64,000 nucleotides of DNA from positions 65,968,001-66,032,000 of the forward strand of contig OX597815.1 in NCBI GenBank assembly GCA_951406725.2, in the 5' to 3' direction. Of this stretch, positions 1 to 12,878 are shown piece after piece. This DNA comes from Octopus vulgaris (taxonomy: Eukaryota). Both the position numbers and the translations under genes were made by a program. The notes under the pieces are model-generated. The model made no database searches and was not told where the DNA came from. It saw only the letters and a program-made list of their open reading frames with translations. The first letter of the stretch is position 1. Every line of letters starts with the position of its first letter.

Positions 1-115
1 ATATACATACATTCATACATATATACATACATACAAGCACACACATATATCATTTAATACAAACAATTACAAAAGAGCCACTAATAGTTTCATGCTTTTA
101 ATATACATCAAATTG

Positions 116-497
116 AAGGCGGCGAGCTGGCAGAACGAAATGCGTAGCCGTATTTCGTCTGCCGTTACGTTCTGAGTTCAAATTCCGCCGAGGTCAACTT
201 TGCCTTTCATCCTTTCGGGGTCGATAAATTAAGTACCAGTTACGCTCTGGGGTTGATGTAATCGACTTAATCCATTTGTCTGTCCTTGTTTGTCCCTCTG
301 TGTTTAGCCCCTTGTGGGTAGTAAAGAAATAGGTATTTCGTCTGTCTTTACGTTATGAATTCAAATTCCACTGAGGTCGACTTTGCCTTTCATCCTTTCG
401 GGATCGATAAATTAAGTACCAGTTGCGTACTGGGGTCGATGTAATCGACTGGCCCCTCCCCAAAAATTTCGGGCCTTGTGCCTAGAGCAGAAAAGAA
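116..497 (+). mobile_element. tRNA-derived SINE family A, full unit plus tandem partial second unit
   Basis: Head GGCGGCGAGCTGGCAGAA, B-box GAGTTCAAATTCC, core GTCGACTTTGCCTTTCATCCTTTCGGGGTCGATAAA present twice; further copies at ~7037-7252(-), ~11020-11150(+), ~14490-14680(-), ~41490-41660(-). Confidence 0.85.
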
Positions 498-1432
498 TAT
501 ACATTAAACTGGCAGATTTATATAACATGCCATGTGTCTCTCAGCAATCTTTCAGGTTCAGTTTATAACGTTAGATGTATTTAAAGACCAGGGCGAGAAA
601 AAGAAAATGAGAAGAAAAACAAGCGTGAAGAAGGTTAATGCAAAAAGTGGAACGAGAAGAAGGAAAAATGAAGTAAGAAAACCAAGATAGTCCTCTTCTT
701 TAACTACAGAAACCATCATTAATGTAAGACAAGTAGGCCAAAGTCTGTGAGATAACTACTCAATCCGAAGCGGATGGCGTCCTCCAGGTCCACAAAAGAA
801 GTCTGTCCTTGTGCTTGTATGTGGTAAACATTTCGGATCTGGAAATAAGTAGTGTGGTGGAATTCTTGGGCCTAAATGGAATGTGCGACCATTCAGCTTC
901 ACCTAGCTTGCATCTCTTTGATCCATTTATATATGATTTAGATTTCTCCCCGATTCCCCACTTGATTGTATGTGGTGTGCATTTGGTCTTCAGAATTTAT
1001 ACATGGCTAGCCAACGTAGTGGCCTAACTTTTGTCAATGTGTCGGAAAGAAGGATGGTGGTTTGCATAACGGCTTTTAAAATTACCTTTACATCAACCAT
1101 CTTCAGGTACTATCTTTTTATTTTTCCTTCTTGTTCTTTTCTTTTCGATTTTTTCTTCTCATTATTTCTTTCACTTTGTTTTTTTATTGTTTTTTTTTTC
1201 TCATGTTTTCTCATAGTCTGGCGTACTGGCAGCGGCGGCGGTGAGAATGGACTAGATGCATGAGAATGCACGGGTATGGAAAACATCGCTGAGGGGGTCA
1301 CAGATGTTTGACGAAAGACTGCCAGGCAATAGAAATACGATAAAATGAGAACAATAATAAATGAGTGAAGAACTAATATATAGTGCGTGTGTTTATTTGG
1401 CAAGAAACAAAAATGACCGTCCCGAACACACA

Positions 1433-1491
<59 letters not shown>

Positions 1492-2115
1492 ACACAACAT
1501 ATTACAGAACCTCTGGACTCATTTTATCAGAAGTTACAAAATCTTCACTTCTTTGAACGTCAGTTTTTAATATATGCCAGCATTTTCTGACATTCCTGGA
1601 AAATAGCTAGGCCCGCGTTGAATGTACCCCCATCAATCTTTTCATGGGTCCTGCTAATAATAATTACGGGCAAATAGGCTTAGAAACTTAATTTTACGGG
1701 CGAATTGACTTATAAGCAATGTCATTGACAAATATATGGAATGAAACTAGCCGCCATTTTTATAAAGACGACAGGGTGGCTTAAGATGTTTGCAAACCTA
1801 CCGTATCGATACTGCAATAGCTGTGTTTCTAAACAACAAAACTACATTCCGTACTGTCACTGAGATGACTCTAATAATGTCTTCTTTATCGGATGGACTA
1901 TTACTCTTAGTTATAAATAATTTAATCATCCGTTCTTATTCGCATTTGTTGACTGAAGCGAAACATCTCCAGAATTCCATTTAGCGCCAAATTGTCGAAC
2001 CAATTTAATGTTCTTTAAGATTTCTAGGTATACTGGCACCTTAATTTCACTTGCTTGTTTTTTCTATTCACTTCTATTAGATTTCATTGTTTACCGTGCT
2101 TTTTCGTCTACTCTC

Positions 2116-2466
2116 TTCTTCTTCTTCTTCTTCTTCTTCTTCTTCTTCTTCTTCTTCTTCTTCTTCTTCTTCTTCTTCTTCTTCTTCTTCTTCTTCTTCT
2201 TCTTCTTCTTCTTCTTCTTCTTCTTCTTCTTCTTCTTCTTCTCCTCCTCCTCCTCCTCCTTCTTCTTAGTCCTCGTCGTCTTCTTCTTTCTCCTTTTCCT
2301 TCCAGTCCTTTTTCTTCCTCCTCATCTTCTTCCCTCATATCTTTTATTATTATCATTATTATTATTATTATTATTATTATCATTATTATCATCATCATCA
2401 TTATTATTATTACTACTACTACTATTATTATTATACGTCTTCTCTCCTCCTCCACTTCCATCTCTT

Positions 2467-2518
<52 letters not shown>

Positions 2519-2520
2519 AC
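2116..2520. repeat. (CTT)n, (TTA)n and (CT)n compound microsatellite
   Basis: Direct reading; source of poly-F/L/S/R ORFs. Confidence 0.95.
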
Positions 2521-2831
2521 ACGCACACTGTTTTGCCAGTGTTCTCTAAAAACTAAGCATTATTACCTTGAGTTGACAGTTATGGTTGCTTTCTTCGAAA
2601 TATTTTGATAATGTTTGGACTATAATAGTTCTATTATAATTATATTACTGTTATAAATCATTCGTTCTTGCTTGGAGTATTTCAGTTTCACTCAGGAAGC
2701 AATTAGTCACCTTGTAGTTAGAAAATAAAGTAAAAAATTGTGTTTGTAGAGTGTGCGTGTATACGTGCGCAAGTGTGGGGGGGTGCGCGCTATTGTAGTT
2801 TTGCTATCGTAAGTGTAGGCTAATGTAGCAT

Positions 2832-3172
2832 AACAGGAAGTTGAGAGGCTCACGACTCATGAGTCTGACAAGAAGTTGAGACTCACGTGACATAACAAGA
2901 AGTAAAGATTACCGTGTCACGACAGAAAATTGGGACTAGTGTGACATGACAAGAAGTGGAGATTAACGTCTCATGACATGAAATTGAGATTCACGTGACA
3001 TGACAGGAAGCAGTAATTAAATCTCGTGAGAGCGAGCGGAAAGTAAAGTGTAATGACAAGAAGTGGCGGAGTTTCACGTGATATGGCAAGAAGTGGAGAA
3101 TAACGTGTTGTGACAGGAAGTTGAGACTAACGTACCTTGACAGGAAACTGAGACTAACATATCTGACGGAAC
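2832..3172. repeat. Degenerate ~27-bp minisatellite
   Basis: About a dozen variants of GACAAGAAGTTGAGATTAACGTGACAT. Confidence 0.75.
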
Positions 3173-3514
3173 TATTCACAAACCTGAAATGTTTCTCTTC
3201 TGCTTTTCTCTTAGACTCAAACCTAACTCAAATTTACTTTCATAAGCCAGTCTCCCAGTTGAAGAGTCACTTAGCTCCTTGCTCCTCTCTTTCTCGCTTT
3301 GTTCTATTTTTCTGTGGTGGCAATGCAATTTATTTATTCATTCATCTTTTATCTTCCATCTTTTATTTTTTTACTTATTTCAATTATCCGACTGCAGCCA
3401 TGCTGGGGCATTGTCTTGAAAGGTTTTAGTCGAACAAATCGACCACAGGACTTTTTATGTAAGCCTAGTATTTATTCTATCGTTCTCTCTTGCCGAACTG
3501 CTAATGAACAGCTA

Positions 3515-4125
3515 AAAGGGTGAAATGAGTTCGCGAGAATGGAGAGAAGAGCAGATGTCAACTCGGGATTTGCTGTTGCTTCCGGACAATTCATGAGGCA
3601 CCCATTTTCCAAGTTTAGGAATCTTTCCAAGTTGTTGAAGATGACGATGAACAGTTGTATGGTTTGAACTAAGCTTTATTGCCAGTTCTTTAACTGATTA
3701 TGCAGGATTTTCTTCGAGTAATGTCTCAAGGAGCTTATCTTCAAACTCAACTGGACGTCCTGTTCGATCTTCATCTTCAAGGCTGAAATCTCTACTTCTG
3801 AATTTTGAAAACCATCTTCTGCAAGTTCTTTCATTCAAGTATTCTTTCCCATAAACTGAGTGTATGTTTCGAGTCGCTTCGGCTGCAGAGTTTCCTTTTT
3901 TGTACTCATAAAGCATTATGGGCCTCAAATGCCCTTTGGATACTTCCATGTTAGAAAGGCAAAGAAATTTTAATTCTATTATTCTGTGAACTTATATTTA
4001 ATTAGTTTAAATGCACACAAATGCATAAAAATAATTTTTAATTCCGTTAGACATTCTAAAATACTATCAAATTTCATTCAATTTTAAAAAAGGTAAAATC
4101 GGACAGAACTTATGGGATGACCTAA
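3515..4125 (-). mobile_element. Mariner transposon, 3'-truncated (N-terminal HTH and one TIR)
   Basis: ORF 3698-3949 (IMLYEYKKGNSAAEATRNI...WFSKFRSRDFSLEDEDRTGRP) is a Mos1-like HTH; TIR end ...GGGATGACCTAA followed by TA. Confidence 0.9.
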
Positions 4126-5506
4126 TATAATAAAATCATGGGATATTGAGTAATATGATGAATTTAAAGTGCATTGCATATGTTATAAGCTATGTGGTAT
4201 GTGGTATGTTACATGTAGTTACTTTCCAATGAATAATCCTGCCTAGTTAGTCTGACTTCATCATGTTTTTGGTGATTAAACTATTCGTTCCTTTCTATGG
4301 TGTTCTACCCTACTAATCATATTATGTATTTTGTAATGGCTTTTATGTAAGTAAGCATCCTAATTATATACCCCTGTGAAACTATAAAATCATGTATGTA
4401 ATAACAAAGGTAACTTTATAACTTATAAAATACCCCTTCTGTCTGAATATCTCCTACTGCCCTCACTACTACTATACCTATTGCTTCTTCAGTGAGATTA
4501 CCTTTATCTCTCCCCTACCTCAAATTTTAATACTCTGTCTCTTTAAAAAGTAAGTTATATATATATTGTTACTATTCTCTATAATTTCTTATAATTTTGT
4601 TTTATCTTTATATCTTTACCTATTAACCTCTTATCCTTTATATATTGTTACTGTTCTTAGATAAAGATATAAACTTTCGAGTTACTTAAGTCTATGAGAG
4701 TTGATTATAACATATCCATAATAAAGTATAAATATTTATGTATATTTGCATGTGTGCACATAGTTAAATATGCGTGTATATCTGTACACAACTTATAATT
4801 TTTTCCGTTCTTTTTTTCTGATCTTAGCTTATAAGTATTTCATAAGTAAATACCCTGAGCAGTCTTTATAGAAACCACCTAACAAGTAAATAATTAAGTG
4901 CATAAATGAATATCAAAATAATTTTATGTAATCTTCCCTTTTCAATGCTGAAAACTGGTATATATACACACTTTATCTATTTTGGTTATAATATCATTTT
5001 TAATAATCTTAAATTTTATCTTTATACAACATAACAATATTGTTTATATACAATCACCCATAGTACCCCATGATAATGTCCTTTGTATTAACATCATAGG
5101 TTTTATTAGCGTCTTGCCCCTTTAACTGGTAATTAACATCTTGATTTGAGGTCTTCCCCCAACCCAGCCCCCTTTATAGACAGTTACTTTATACTAATCC
5201 TAGAAATCTTGACAATATTTATGACCATACCCAGCTATGTGCTGTAACTCACTCCTACCCCCCATTCTAAACAGACACAGTCCTCTGGTCTTAGATTTGG
5301 TAGTTGATAAAAAGACTAATAAATTAAAAATGAACCACAATCCTTTACAAGCTAAGACGCCAACAAACTTCATACATTTCGTAGAAGGGTAGCATTTTCT
5401 TAGCTATATAACTGGCAACATGGATTCTTTCCGTCTTCTTGCTCTATTAGAACATTTGCGTAAAATTATATTAATGTATCGAACTGATTAATAATTCTGT
5501 TTATTT

Positions 5507-5594
5507 ATGTAGCTGAGAATAGCCCTACGTTTAAATTGTTGCAATAATTGCATTGTTCAATGCAATGGAGCCGCTTGAAACGGTCGTACTGCAT
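5507..5594 (+). ncRNA. Hammerhead-like ribozyme, core CUGAGA, long helix II
   Basis: ATGTAG-CTGAGA...GCTT-GAAACG GT CGTA-CTGCAT; helix I ATGTAG/CTGCAT, GUA triplet; ~130-nt tail follows. Confidence 0.6.
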
Positions 5595-5728
5595 CACCTC
5601 TTGATATCCTGTTGTTTATTTTGATTTTATTCACCTTACTTTTAGTTGTACGGATAATACCACACTGATTTGGTGCTTCGCCTTAATTACCTAATTCATC
5701 TGAATCTCAGTTATTTCTTTATATAAAC

Positions 5729-6020
5729 CAATGAAATTCCAAATTCCAACTTTGTTGGATTTTCACGTTTTATTATTTGCAATTTTTACAATTTTACAAT
5801 ATTGAAATAAACTAATACTTTCATGTGTTACACAACCATCAGGTTTATGTAGTGATAGTCGTGTTCTACAGTTGTCAATCAATTGTGAAACACAACTATC
5901 ACTACATAAACTTGATGACTGCGTAACGCATAAATGTACTAGTTTATTTCAATATTGTAAAATTGTAAAAAATGCAAATAAGAAAACGTGAAAATGAGAC
6001 TAAGTTGGAATTTCATTGAT
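5729..6020. mobile_element. Fold-back PLE-type insertion with a decayed HHR in each arm (5808-5847 -, 5907-5946 +)
   Basis: ~145-bp inverted arms; arm consensus TAAAC CTGATGA TTGCG TAA CGCAT GAAA GTAC TA GTTTA; homologous to intact motif at 45487-45531. Confidence 0.75.
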
Positions 6021-7036
6021 TAATATATGGTTCTATACACAATCATACAAATTCGAATGTATATATATAATTTATACATGCATTATATATGTGTGTGTGT
6101 GTCTGGAGGGATGTATAAAATTTTAGATGCCGGTGTATGAGTTGTTATTATTGTTTAACCCGATTTATTCCTGAACAATAAAACCAATAATCGAAGGTAT
6201 TTCAGTCATGTCCGTATACTGGACTCTATATGGTCCAATGTGTCAAGTTTTCAATAAGTCAGGCGGCTGGATTTGATTATATTTCTAGCAAATCAGCGAC
6301 CACACAGAGACTCCTTCATTTACTCAGTTGATGATATATGTAGCTACACTGTGTAAATTTGCCATAAAAACAAGTCAAAGATATCAGACTATGAGATCGA
6401 ACCCGGGCTTCGTGGTTATGAAGCAGACTTCTTTAAAAAATTCAGCTATACTAGGCTTATACCACGCGCGCGCACATACACACAACACATAGACAGGCAC
6501 ATACACATACAGGCACACACAGACACCCAAGCACACATACTTATCTATCTACACGACCCATTTTCTGTTTCTAGTTGGAACCGTTTGACACTCGTCAATA
6601 AGCCATAAGTAAATATATGGACATTACAGTACTATATATTTCTCATTTCCACCATTCCTGTGTGTGTGAGAGAGGGGGGAGAGAGGAGGAGAGAGAGAAG
6701 GTGAGTGTGTGTGTGTGTGTGTGTGTGGTACATGCACGTGTGTATCAGAGTATGAGCCATTAAAATATTTTAGGAAGTGAATATTAAGAGCGGAGTTATA
6801 TTCTAAAGAGGACGGCATAAAAAGTGCGATGAAATTCAAAGAGGTTTGTTGATTACAAAACCACTTGGCGTATAAACACTTGATTCGAGGTTGACAATCG
6901 TAGTTCACATTTATGCTATTACGTATAAAATATTAAAGTTTATATACAAGTAGACCACTTTAATTAACTGACTTCAGAACATTGTTGACTATATTATTAT
7001 GTATGTATTTTTATAGGTCAGTTGATTAATTAATTC

Positions 7037-7252
7037 TTTCTAAATTTGGCACAAGGTCATTGATTATGAGGGGAGGGGGGAAGTTGATTACATTGACCCC
7101 AGTGTTTAACTGGAACTTATTTTATCGACCCCGGAAGGATGAAAGGCAAAGTCGACCTTGGCGGAATTTGAACTCAGAACATAAAGATCCGGAAGAAAGG
7201 CCACTAAACATTTCGTTCGGCGCACTAATGATTCTGTCAGCTCGCCACCTTC
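7037..7252 (-). mobile_element. SINE family A copy
   Basis: Reverse complement similarity to 116-330. Confidence 0.8.
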
Positions 7253-9503
7253 TGTTGATAACTTCATAAGAGCAAGTATTTCTATCTGTTGAAACATGTT
7301 GAACACTAATAAAGAAATTAGCTTTGAAAGAGAGAATTTGGTAACCTGAAACTTAAAGATCGTTTACTGAGTCTCTTCTTACAACTTGGCGCGTTTATCT
7401 TAATCGAGGAAATTGTTGTTTATGTAAAAATATAATACAAAATATGCTGAACTTGATCTTTCTTCTGCAAGTCCATTAAAAAATGTCGACAGAGTTACTG
7501 GATTCTTTTCTTTTCCTCCAACAAACTATCAACTGACTACAAATAGCAATAAAGGGCATAAACCTTAGAGTAACATAACAAGATTTTCCAACGATGCCTT
7601 TTGCATAAAGGGCATTGAGTTAAATATAGGCTTTCATTATTAGTCAGTGAGCCGAAACGTAAGCCCACTTAAGTGGACGTAAAATTAAACCCACATAAAA
7701 ACAATGCATTCTGAAAATTGTCCTAATATCTGGGGGTTACCTAATAGATCATGATTCGCTTATGAGGTGTAATAAAACCGAAACGTGTCGAGAGTTGTCA
7801 CTGCAACTAATAAAGATCGGATTCATTTCCCATTTTATACCACCTTTTGAATTTCGATCTCTTTAAATTTCAGAGTTCTCTCCTCTGTCATTCTTAACAA
7901 ACATTGTTATTAACGTTACTCACTCTATTTCTCTGATTACTAGTGTAATCTTTATTAAAAATTCGTTTTACTTCACTAAGGCATAACTTAATCTTAGCAA
8001 AATATGTCCTGTGATAAGAACAGAATAGCAAATGTAGCAACTCAAAGAATTTCTTTGATCAATTTCCATCGTTAAAAATTGATACTTCTGCTTATGTACT
8101 CTTTTACATATAATTAACAGTTTCTGATTTCGAAAATGGATCACTTAATCGAGTCACCAAATATTCTGACCCATGTCATTAACTGAGCCAAACATGAAAA
8201 CGGTTGAAATGTCTTAATTTTCTTCTTTATCTCAGTTTAGAAATAACACGTGACCTATTGAAGATACCCAAAGGTTATACTCATTCTTGAACTGCTACAA
8301 AAGAAGAAATCAATCTATCGCTTTGTAAACATTATTTCTTGGTGATATGAAAGACTCGTCTAAGAAGATCTGTGATGTCCATGAAGTTTATCAAGTGTCC
8401 AAAGTCAAATTCCAGTTATTGCTATACAAATTCTTCTATCAAAATATGTACATAAGGTCTTCCATTTACCATTATCAACTTCAGAACTAAAATAATCAAA
8501 TGCAGGTAGTTTTCTTAATTCAGTTCATAACATTTAAATGCGTTTCCGTCAGAAAGAAAATTCAATTCCAGCTATATTTCAACGCAGTATGAGAATAGGC
8601 AATTACAAAGACTTCTAGAAAAAAATTCGCATGCCACACTCGTGTCCTATCGAAGGGGAAGTTTCTCGTCTGACGTCCTGTTTAATCCTACATAAATGAC
8701 TCATTCTCATCCTTATCTTTCTCGTCGTTATCGTCCTCCTCCTGCTGAGCTCTTGTACTGGAGCCTCACCACAGTATGTAGTATCATGTACCAGCTCGGG
8801 TTCTCGGTAGATTTTGAGAGTATGGAGTTAAGACTTTAGTTACCAGAACTCTCATGTAGTATCTCAAACCTATCAAGGGCTCCAATTATAGATGAAATTG
8901 TAGATGATGATCTTGAGCTATGGCATACAGGATGCAGACAAGCGTTGGTTCCTTAGATATGTGTCACACAGTTCCACTGTGGTATGGACATGCTATAGTG
9001 TTAAGTGTACTAGGTCACATGCTTTAGGATTCAATAGGCCCTGTGCTCGAGAGAGTGTTGGACGAGCAAAGTAAACTGCAAATAAATCGACCAAAAGGCA
9101 TAGTATCTTTCCCAAGAAAAAAAAAATCATAAATTTTCAGATTTTGGCATGGCACAGGAAAGAATGAGAAGGAGCACCCCAGATTTAAAAGCCAGCTCTA
9201 TAGTCAGTAAATTTGTTTATTTCTACGTTTTTCTAATCAGTGACTTCCATACAGACAGAGATATGTGACAACATTATCATATAAAATACCGAGTAACAGC
9301 CATTTAACGGTGGTGTCGCAGATAATATTAGGCCCATCCTGTTTTTGCTTACATTACAGGATAAATATGGATTGTGTGGTAGCGAATTTATGGAGCAACA
9401 AGATTACTCTAATTTATGAGACGAAAGTTACGCACAAATACACACATTCATGTATACATATGTATATGTGTGCATCTGTTTTGTATATCTTTATATATTT
9501 AGG

Positions 9504-9534
<31 letters not shown>

Positions 9535-9563
9535 CATATGTAATACACATACACACTTGCACA

Positions 9564-9598
<35 letters not shown>

Positions 9599-11785
9599 AT
9601 TGTTGACTGCCACCTAAAAAAATCCAATGAGAATACAAGCAAGATGAAAGTAGATGTTAGTTTTTGTGTGAAACATTTACAAAAACCTGCTCCAGTTTGT
9701 TTAGAACGGTGGCCATTTGTGTGGACTGGTGAAGTGGGGCATTGAGCCACGTTGTTAAGTTTGAACTTTGTTTACCAACTTATCATGACATTTGTTGTTT
9801 TGAGGATACCTAAAGATATTTTAGCTTATAAAAAGCTGAACAACAGGAAATATATTGTTCAACACATGCAAGAACGATATCAAGAGGTTTTCAACAATAG
9901 GATTAATATAGTGCATACGCACTATATAACTATATACGCATGTAACTAGCAGCTTCACGTAATGTATATAGACTTATATAAATATAGGGTTAGCGTATTT
10001 AGAGAGATATTTGGTAGTGAGGACGGATACGGAGCGTATAAGTTTATGCGCAGAGGACGAGTGTTTAGTGTATATTAGTATAGTTTTCTTGAAGCATTTT
10101 TTCACATATATAAATATTTATAATTTTGAGAAATCAGTGAATACCAACCTTTCTCCAAAGATTTCTTGATGAAGAAGTAACCCTAATAGGTGGCTTGCGA
10201 AGGGGAAGGATGCAGTAAGCTTCAGGATTGCAGTAGTGCAGTTTATTAGGAAGCAAGCATATAGCCTGAACTGCCACAATGAGCTGGATACGTGGAAACA
10301 CGTCTTCTGCTTCAAGTATTTTTAATTACGATAGAGCGAAAGAATTCATCACCATCAAGAAAGCGCGGAAAACAAAAATTAAAAAAATGTCTGATAAAAT
10401 ATCATTGATTCGATAGCGTTCGCTAAATAAGCTATAACACCCAGCATCAAGGCGATGTCCGGGCCGTAAACACACCATATGTAGAGTAAACTATCTCTCT
10501 TTCTATCTACCTGCCAAACTGTCTATCTATCTATTATCGATCGATCGATCTATCTATCTGTCTGTCTGCCTAGGTATCTACCTGTCTGTCTATTCATTCA
10601 CTTATCTGCTTTTAAACCTACATCTATATTCATAAACTTTTTACACATCCTTAAATTTTTAAACTTTCAAATCAACCAACCATTAAAGCTTTTATAGCCG
10701 CGAGCTTTTTAACATTTTTATATCCATCAGCTTATTACAGAAAATTAAATCTCTTTATACTCTACTACCTTTTATTGTATTTTATATTGTTTTACTTTAT
10801 TTTATTTTATTTCATCTTCCTCCTCTTATGATATTTTACCTTATTTTCTTCCTTTCTTCCTTACTTATCCTACTAAGGGCGATCAACATGCTTTAAGTTT
10901 CATTTCTCTATATAAATTTCAAACTGCCATATTTTTAGAACCAGAACTGATACCATTTCTAACCCCAATACCAATGCTATGGTAAAGAATCACATAAAAT
11001 GTCATGCAGTTATTATTTGTGCCACATGTCTACGTTTTGAGTTCAATTTCTACCAAAGTCAACTTTGCTTTTCATCCCCCGGAGGTCGATAAAACAAACG
11101 TACCAGCGAAGTGGTATGAAATAATAAATTGACCCCACACACACCATTTCTGGCTCTGTGTCTGCTACATAACAAATCAGTATTAACACAAACAGCTGTT
11201 TTCTTATTAAGCAAAGTATTTTCTCAGGTCAACATCCGATGTGATATACTTTTCTCCCAACGAATGTGTACTATCTATGAAGCATGCACTCAAATATAGG
11301 GACGGGGTATTTGTACCACTTTACCGCTTCAGAGATCCCGCAAATCTCAAAATCACAGTAGAAGCCTCAGAAGTTCATGTTAGCCATGGATGATGTAGTT
11401 TGCATTAAAGTTGATGAGAAATGTGTCTGTTACAGGAGATGGTACCAAGTCTATTACATTGATATGCATTTCGCAAAAGTCTGGTCATTACGCTCAACAT
11501 TTAGACCATGTGACAGCCTTAAACGCGAGAATCCTCTGCCCAGCAGTACTAGTAAACCCAAAGATCAAATGTGAGATCGTATAGCACACTGTTTTACTAT
11601 CAAATCCAAGTCAGCAACGATAAAACAAAAACTTCTGTATCAGATGTTGTCAGTAGGTGGTATAAAGTATAAACTTTAAACTTATGTAACATATCCCAAG
11701 CATATGTATATATAACCTGTATATAAATATGCGAGTGCATGCGTACTTGTGTGTGCATACATGTATGTATGTATGTATGCATGTA

Positions 11786-11838
<53 letters not shown>

Positions 11839-12385
11839 GGTACAGAGAATGTGTATGTAAACATCGCTGTGAATGCATGGATAACTTCCAACAACACGAG
11901 TGGAGATCAAATGAGACCATTTGCAAAATTGTAATTAATACATCAGTCAGTCTTCCTCAGAGGACATTGCTCCGACAGTGTGCTGGTGATATATCCCTTA
12001 AGTTATAATACATACATGCGCACACCCAAATACACGCACGTATATATAAACATAAACATATATGTATATATACACATTTTAGCTTCTCCTAAGACATTCT
12101 TATTTAACTCTTTTAACTCTCTTTAAGCTTGTAAGTGTACCTCCGACCTGCTGCTCAATCTGGTTCTTGATGAAGAGTATCATTGCTCGAAATGTATGCC
12201 TGTCATGCCTAAAGGAGATGCGGGTTCTAATTCCACAGACAGTCTTCAACTTTTTCTATCCAAAGGGTTTTTAACCCAATATTTACACGCTATTATTTAC
12301 AGCATGATTTGAGATCCATCATTCCAAAATGAATTATTTCACGTTCTTAGAAGTTTATAAATTATTATCATGTCACAGTGTGTGT

Positions 12386-12471
<86 letters not shown>

Positions 12472-12622
12472 AATAATTGAGGAAATAAAATTCAGGTAAT
12501 TACCTCAGTAGTGCTTCGCCAATCCAAAGTATGAATATCAATAATTTTAATTGAGGAACAAGATAGTTAAATCAATGATGCGTACATTACGATGAACGAT
12601 CGCCGTATTTAATATATATATA

Positions 12623-12687
<65 letters not shown>

Positions 12688-12847
12688 TGACGATACAAAT
12701 AAACTCAAACCACAGATACACACACTTACACATTTATCCACACAATCAATACCATTTTGCGTACGGAAAATGATTTTTATATACATATACGTACACACGC
12801 ATACAGACATCCACACGTTTTCTCACGTACTCACACTTGCGTTTATC

Positions 12848-12878
<31 letters not shown>

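Noticed and set aside
1110-1360. Possible minus-strand host exon
   Set aside because: Acceptor-like context but no recognisable domain or supporting exons
2832-3172. CRISPR-like periodicity
   Set aside because: No unique spacers, no cas genes, eukaryotic context
7629-7665. GGCT...GAAACGTA-AGCC half-motif
   Set aside because: No CUGANGA-like core
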